A DNA stretch of 64,000 nucleotides from Desulfobacterales bacterium. Its GTDB lineage: Bacteria; Desulfobacterota; Desulfobacteria; Desulfobacterales; Desulfosalsimonadaceae. The notes beneath the pieces were generated by a model. It made no database searches. It saw nothing but the letters and a program-made list of their open reading frames with translations, and was not told the DNA's origin. Below, piece after piece: positions 60,375 through 64,000 of the stretch (the stretch's first letter is position 1; the number at the start of each line of letters is the position of its first letter). The DNA is taken from positions 646 through 64,645 of the forward strand of contig JAGYOX010000001.1 of the NCBI GenBank assembly GCA_018399235.1, in the 5' to 3' direction. The position numbers and the translations under genes are program-made.

Positions 60375-63012
60375 CAGCTGAATGGTTTGCCGTTTCTTTA
60401 AGCATATGGAGATAATTAATGGCGTCAAGCGGTGTCATTGAGGATATATCAACTTCTCTTAATTTATCAAGTATAACCTGTTCCGGTGTCCTGAAAAGAC
60501 TAAGCTGGACATAGCCTTCACCTGAAGAGGGCTCATCTATTCCTGCCTGTGAGGATTTTCCAAGCGGATAACCCGTATTTTCAACATTCGAAAGAATTTT
60601 CTTTGAACGCCGGACAACCTGCTCGGAAATACCGGCAAGCCTGGCTACCTGAATCCCATAGCTGCGATTAGTGGCCCCCTCAACAATTTTATGCAAAAAA
60701 ATGATTTCGTCATTCCATTCCTTGACGGAAATGTTGAAATTTTTAATTCGCGGCTTGATATGCGCAAGCTCAGTCAGCTCATGGTAATGGGTGGCAAATA
60801 ACGTTTTAACGCCTTCGCCGTATAAATCGTGCAAATGCTCGGCCACCGCCCAGGCAATGCTCAGTCCGTCATAGGTGCTGGTGCCCCGGCCGATCTCATC
60901 CATCACCACCAGACTTTTGGGCGTTGCATTATTGATAATATTGGCCGTCTCCTCCATCTCAACGAGAAACGTGCTCTGCCCCTGGGCCAGATTATCCAGT
61001 GCGCCCACCCGCGTAAAAATCCGGTCCGTAACCGATATGCTGGCTGAGGCAGCCGGTACAAAGGAGCCCATGTGCGCCATTAAGACAATGAGTGCCACCT
61101 GCCTCAAGACGGTCGATTTCCCCGCCATATTCGGGCCGGTGATAATCATTATCTGATTCTGTTCATTGTCCATGGTAATGGTATTGGGCACGAATCTTTC
61201 CGCGGCGACCAGTTTTTCAACTACCGGGTGGCGCCCCTCTGCGATGTTGATCACCCCGTCCTGATTTATCGACGGCCGGGCGTAATGATTCATATCCGCT
61301 ATTTCAGCGAGATTTATCAGGCAGTCCAGTCTGGCAATAAACCGGGCGGCTGATGCGAGTTCAGCATAATGTTCGGCCACCTTATGCCTGATATCCTTAA
61401 ACAATTCGTATTCAAGCGCCGCGCGCTTCTCCTGAGCGCCCAATACTTTGGATTCAAAGGTTTTCAGCTCTTCAGTGATATAGCGCTCGGCATTGACCAG
61501 CGTCTGCTTTCGGATATAATGGGATGGCACGGCTTCCGCCCGGCCTTTGGAAACCTCTATATAATAACCGAACACCTTATTATAGCTGACTTTCAAAGAT
61601 TGTATCCCTGTACGTTCCCGTTCTTTGGCCGCCAGTTCGGCCAGATAGGACTTCCCCTCGGTAGAAATGCGGATTAACTCATCCAGATCACTATTATAGC
61701 CGCGCTTGATGATCCCCCCTTCGTTAAGGGTCGGCGGCGGATCAGTTTCGATGGCGCCTTCAATCAGCTCCGCAATTTTTGAAAGCGGGCTCAATACGGC
61801 ATCATCCCATTGGTATAACTCCGCAGTCAAAGGTTTCAAATCCTCAATAATTGCCGGCAGCGTCATGATGGACCGTTTTAACGCCAACAGATCCCTGGCA
61901 TTGGCCTGTTCCATGGCGATTTTACTGCCCAGCCGTTCCAGGTCGGCGACGGATTTTAAACTCTCGCGAATCGATTTACGCACGGAAAGCTGATTCTTAA
62001 CCTCCTCCACCGCATCCAGGCGGATTTGAATGCTTGATGCGTCCTGTAGCGGATAGCGAAGCCATTGCCTGAGCAGACGCCCGCCCATGGCCGTCACCGT
62101 TGCATCAATCACGCCAAGCAGGGTTCCCTGCTTGGCGCCGGTACGCAGATTTTGTAAAAGTTCCAGGTTTCGACAGCTAATATCGTCGATAAACAGATAT
62201 CCATCCAGATTATAGGTCTTAATGCCTGATAAATGAGTAATATCCTGTTTCTGAGTATCTCGAAGATAGTAGATCAGGGCGCCGGCTGCCGCTACCCCCG
62301 CCGATGCCGACTCGCAACCGAAACCTTCCAGACTCTTCGTATGAAACTGACCGACCAGTCGATGGCGGGCGTTCTTGGGATCAAACACCGAATCTTCCAA
62401 AAACGTATTGGCCGTATTTTCAAAAAATTTGAAAACCATTGAATATGAGGGACTCGTCCGGGCCGCCTCCGGAAGAACGATTTCACTCGGTGCAATTCGG
62501 AGCGCCTCTTCTAAAACTATGCGTTGGTTGGCGGATTCCGCCAGATAAAAAGTTCCCGTGGAGATATCCAGACTGGCGATACCGTTTACTTTTTCACCAA
62601 AGCAAAGGGCAACAACAAAGTTATTGGTTTTTTCATCCAGAAGGGCGTCATTGATTATCATGCCGGGTGTCACCACCCTGACCACATCCCGCTTGACCAG
62701 CCCCTTTGCCGCCGCAGGGTCCTCTGTCTGATCACAAATGGCCACCTTGTAACCTTTTTCGATCAACCGACCCAGATAGCCTTCAACCGACTTGACCGGA
62801 ACGCCGCACATGGGAACGGCAACTTCCTCATGCTTGTTCCTGGTTGTCAGCGTGATCTCAAGCTCCCGGGATGCGATTTTGGCATCATCAAAAAACATCT
62901 CATAAAAATCACCCATCCGGTAAAACAAAATATATTCAGCATACCGGTCCTTTATCTCTAAATACTGTTTAATCATGGGGGTGATTTTGGTTTGCGCCAT
63001 GTGTGTATCCAA
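60337..63012 (-). CDS. mutS: DNA mismatch repair protein MutS
   Basis: 891 aa. TPMIKQYLEIK N-terminus, Walker A ITGPNMAGKST, DEIGRGTSTYDG, FATHYHEL. The start may be Met5 (63000). Confidence 0.95.
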   Translation of the reverse strand: MDTHMAQTKITPMIKQYLEIKDRYAEYILFYRMGDFYEMFFDDAKIASRELEITLTTRNKHEEVAVPMCGVPVKSVEGYLGRLIEKGYKVAICDQTEDPAAAKGLVKRDVVRVVTPGMIINDALLDEKTNNFVVALCFGEKVNGIASLDISTGTFYLAESANQRIVLEEALRIAPSEIVLPEAARTSPSYSMVFKFFENTANTFLEDSVFDPKNARHRLVGQFHTKSLEGFGCESASAGVAAAGALIYYLRDTQKQDITHLSGIKTYNLDGYLFIDDISCRNLELLQNLRTGAKQGTLLGVIDATVTAMGGRLLRQWLRYPLQDASSIQIRLDAVEEVKNQLSVRKSIRESLKSVADLERLGSKIAMEQANARDLLALKRSIMTLPAIIEDLKPLTAELYQWDDAVLSPLSKIAELIEGAIETDPPPTLNEGGIIKRGYNSDLDELIRISTEGKSYLAELAAKERERTGIQSLKVSYNKVFGYYIEVSKGRAEAVPSHYIRKQTLVNAERYITEELKTFESKVLGAQEKRAALEYELFKDIRHKVAEHYAELASAARFIARLDCLINLAEIADMNHYARPSINQDGVINIAEGRHPVVEKLVAAERFVPNTITMDNEQNQIMIITGPNMAGKSTVLRQVALIVLMAHMGSFVPAASASISVTDRIFTRVGALDNLAQGQSTFLVEMEETANIINNATPKSLVVMDEIGRGTSTYDGLSIAWAVAEHLHDLYGEGVKTLFATHYHELTELAHIKPRIKNFNISVKEWNDEIIFLHKIVEGATNRSYGIQVARLAGISEQVVRRSKKILSNVENTGYPLGKSSQAGIDEPSSGEGYVQLSLFRTPEQVILDKLREVDISSMTPLDAINYLHMLKETANHSADEKKYKKSGTRP

Positions 63013-63015
63013 AAA

Positions 63016-63405
63016 TCAAGTTTGTTGACTTTGCCCGGACGAGGCGGCTTCTTCGGTTTCTGCCTGGGATGCGGCCGATGCAGGGGTTGACGGTTGGGGC
63101 TCTTTTCCCAGCTGGGATTCAAGCTCAGCCGCCCTCTTTCGTTCAGCGTTTAGCTCCTCATTCAATTTTCGGATCGTCTTGCGGGTCTTAAACCGCTGGG
63201 CAAGGCTCAAAAAATAGGAAATCAAAAGCCCGGCAACAAACAGCCCCAGCAGAATAACCCCCATATTTAACTCGGCGCTGTATTTTTGAATCCAAAGATC
63301 CACCTCTACTTTTTGCGAGCCCATTAAGAATACCCTGTTCTGATAAACCACCAAAGCGATAAAGCCCAAAACGATCAGCCATAAGACCAGCTTTATTTTT
63401 TTCAT
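63016..63405 (-). CDS. LapA-domain (DUF1049) inner-membrane protein with C-terminal coiled coil
   Basis: 129 aa, two TM helices (LVLWLIVLGFIALVVY, GVILLGLFVAGLLISYFL), then a basic and coiled segment. Ends 3 nt upstream of mutS. Confidence 0.55.
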   Translation of the reverse strand: MKKIKLVLWLIVLGFIALVVYQNRVFLMGSQKVEVDLWIQKYSAELNMGVILLGLFVAGLLISYFLSLAQRFKTRKTIRKLNEELNAERKRAAELESQLGKEPQPSTPASAASQAETEEAASSGQSQQT

Positions 63406-63603
63406 TTGCCTCCCCCTTAATTGGTAAAATACTCACAATATCTGATAACGGGCTTATAATAAATTGAATCCAACTTGTTGATCGATGTACCGCCGACGGA
63501 GCTTGCAACCCCATAAAATTTTAAACTGTCTTTTTTTAAGAAAAAACTCAACCGTTTTTCCAGTTGGGCGAAACCGCTGGAGAAACAAAGGGATTATCTA
63601 TTT

Positions 63604-64000
63604 TCATATATTCAACGGGACCACCGATGTGTCCCCCCATACGCCAATCCGTTCACCAACGATCACCGTAATAGATGAAACACCCTTGATCCGCTTGCCA
63701 TAATCAATGGCGTTGTCGATATTCTCAGCCGATGCGACCTGATTGGCAATGGCTGTAGCTGCTGCATCCGCAAGCGGACATGAATCAGAAACCACGCAAA
63801 CGGCGTCTGCATGTCCGTAGCTGATTGAATGGCCGATGGTCGCCGATGAAGTGCATACGCCCAATGGATGCGCTACGGCATCCAGCCGCAGCCCGATTTT
63901 ATAGCTAAAAGGTGACTGGCCTGCATCAATTGCCAATGTAAATGGTTGGTTCAACTTGACAAAAATATCCCCTCCATTTTCGATCATTACCTCTGCTGAA
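63604..64000 (-). CDS. UPF0280/ApbE-superfamily-like protein, C-terminal part (N-terminus probably beyond the window)
   Basis: The open frame runs to the window edge. GDIF, GVCTSSATIGHSISYGHADAVCVVS and ADAAATAIAN are reminiscent of the UPF0280 family. Confidence 0.45.
   Translation of the reverse strand, partial: SAEVMIENGGDIFVKLNQPFTLAIDAGQSPFSYKIGLRLDAVAHPLGVCTSSATIGHSISYGHADAVCVVSDSCPLADAAATAIANQVASAENIDNAIDYGKRIKGVSSITVIVGERIGVWGDTSVVPLNI

Overview
Bacterial chromosomal window with about 55 supported genes. Gene content (MglA/MglB, DUF4388-type regulators, a Wsp-like chemosensory operon, tRNA-Sec) suggests a deltaproteobacterial (Desulfobacterota-like) origin; this is inference, not a search result. 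Housekeeping anchors are dnaA with an adjacent 666-bp AT-rich candidate origin, recA-alaS, mutS, purB, plsB, dapB, rnhA and selC (tRNA-Sec). Five things stand out. (1) An 8-gene same-strand cluster (50029-56509) is headed by mglB-mglA. It also carries a second roadblock protein, a REC-DUF4388 regulator, an output-less zinc-ribbon/Cache/HAMP membrane protein and three proteins with no recognisable family. (2) Directly downstream on the same strand lies an orphan PilB/GspE-type ATPase with a long N-terminal extension, then a canonical PilZ protein and a HAMP-class III cyclase. (3) A Wsp-like chemosensory operon (CheW-CheR-CheW-MCP-CheA/REC-REC/GGDEF-CheB) continues with near-zero gaps into a membrane-anchored dynamin/EHD-like GTPase and a recX homologue. 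The usual recA-recX-alaS linkage lacks recX here. (4) A second dynamin-like GTPase lies convergent to that one, with an orphan parA and a tetR between them. (5) Almost every long intergenic region is a mosaic of repeat modules: heptamer arrays including perfect (CCCTAAA)6, an octamer array, hairpin elements and A/T-rich inverted repeats. These modules sit inside operons and form the last codons of three genes. A MurU-AmgK fusion near a NamZ-like gene suggests a peptidoglycan recycling route. No CRISPR array, transposase, integrase or recognisable phage-defence genes were seen.
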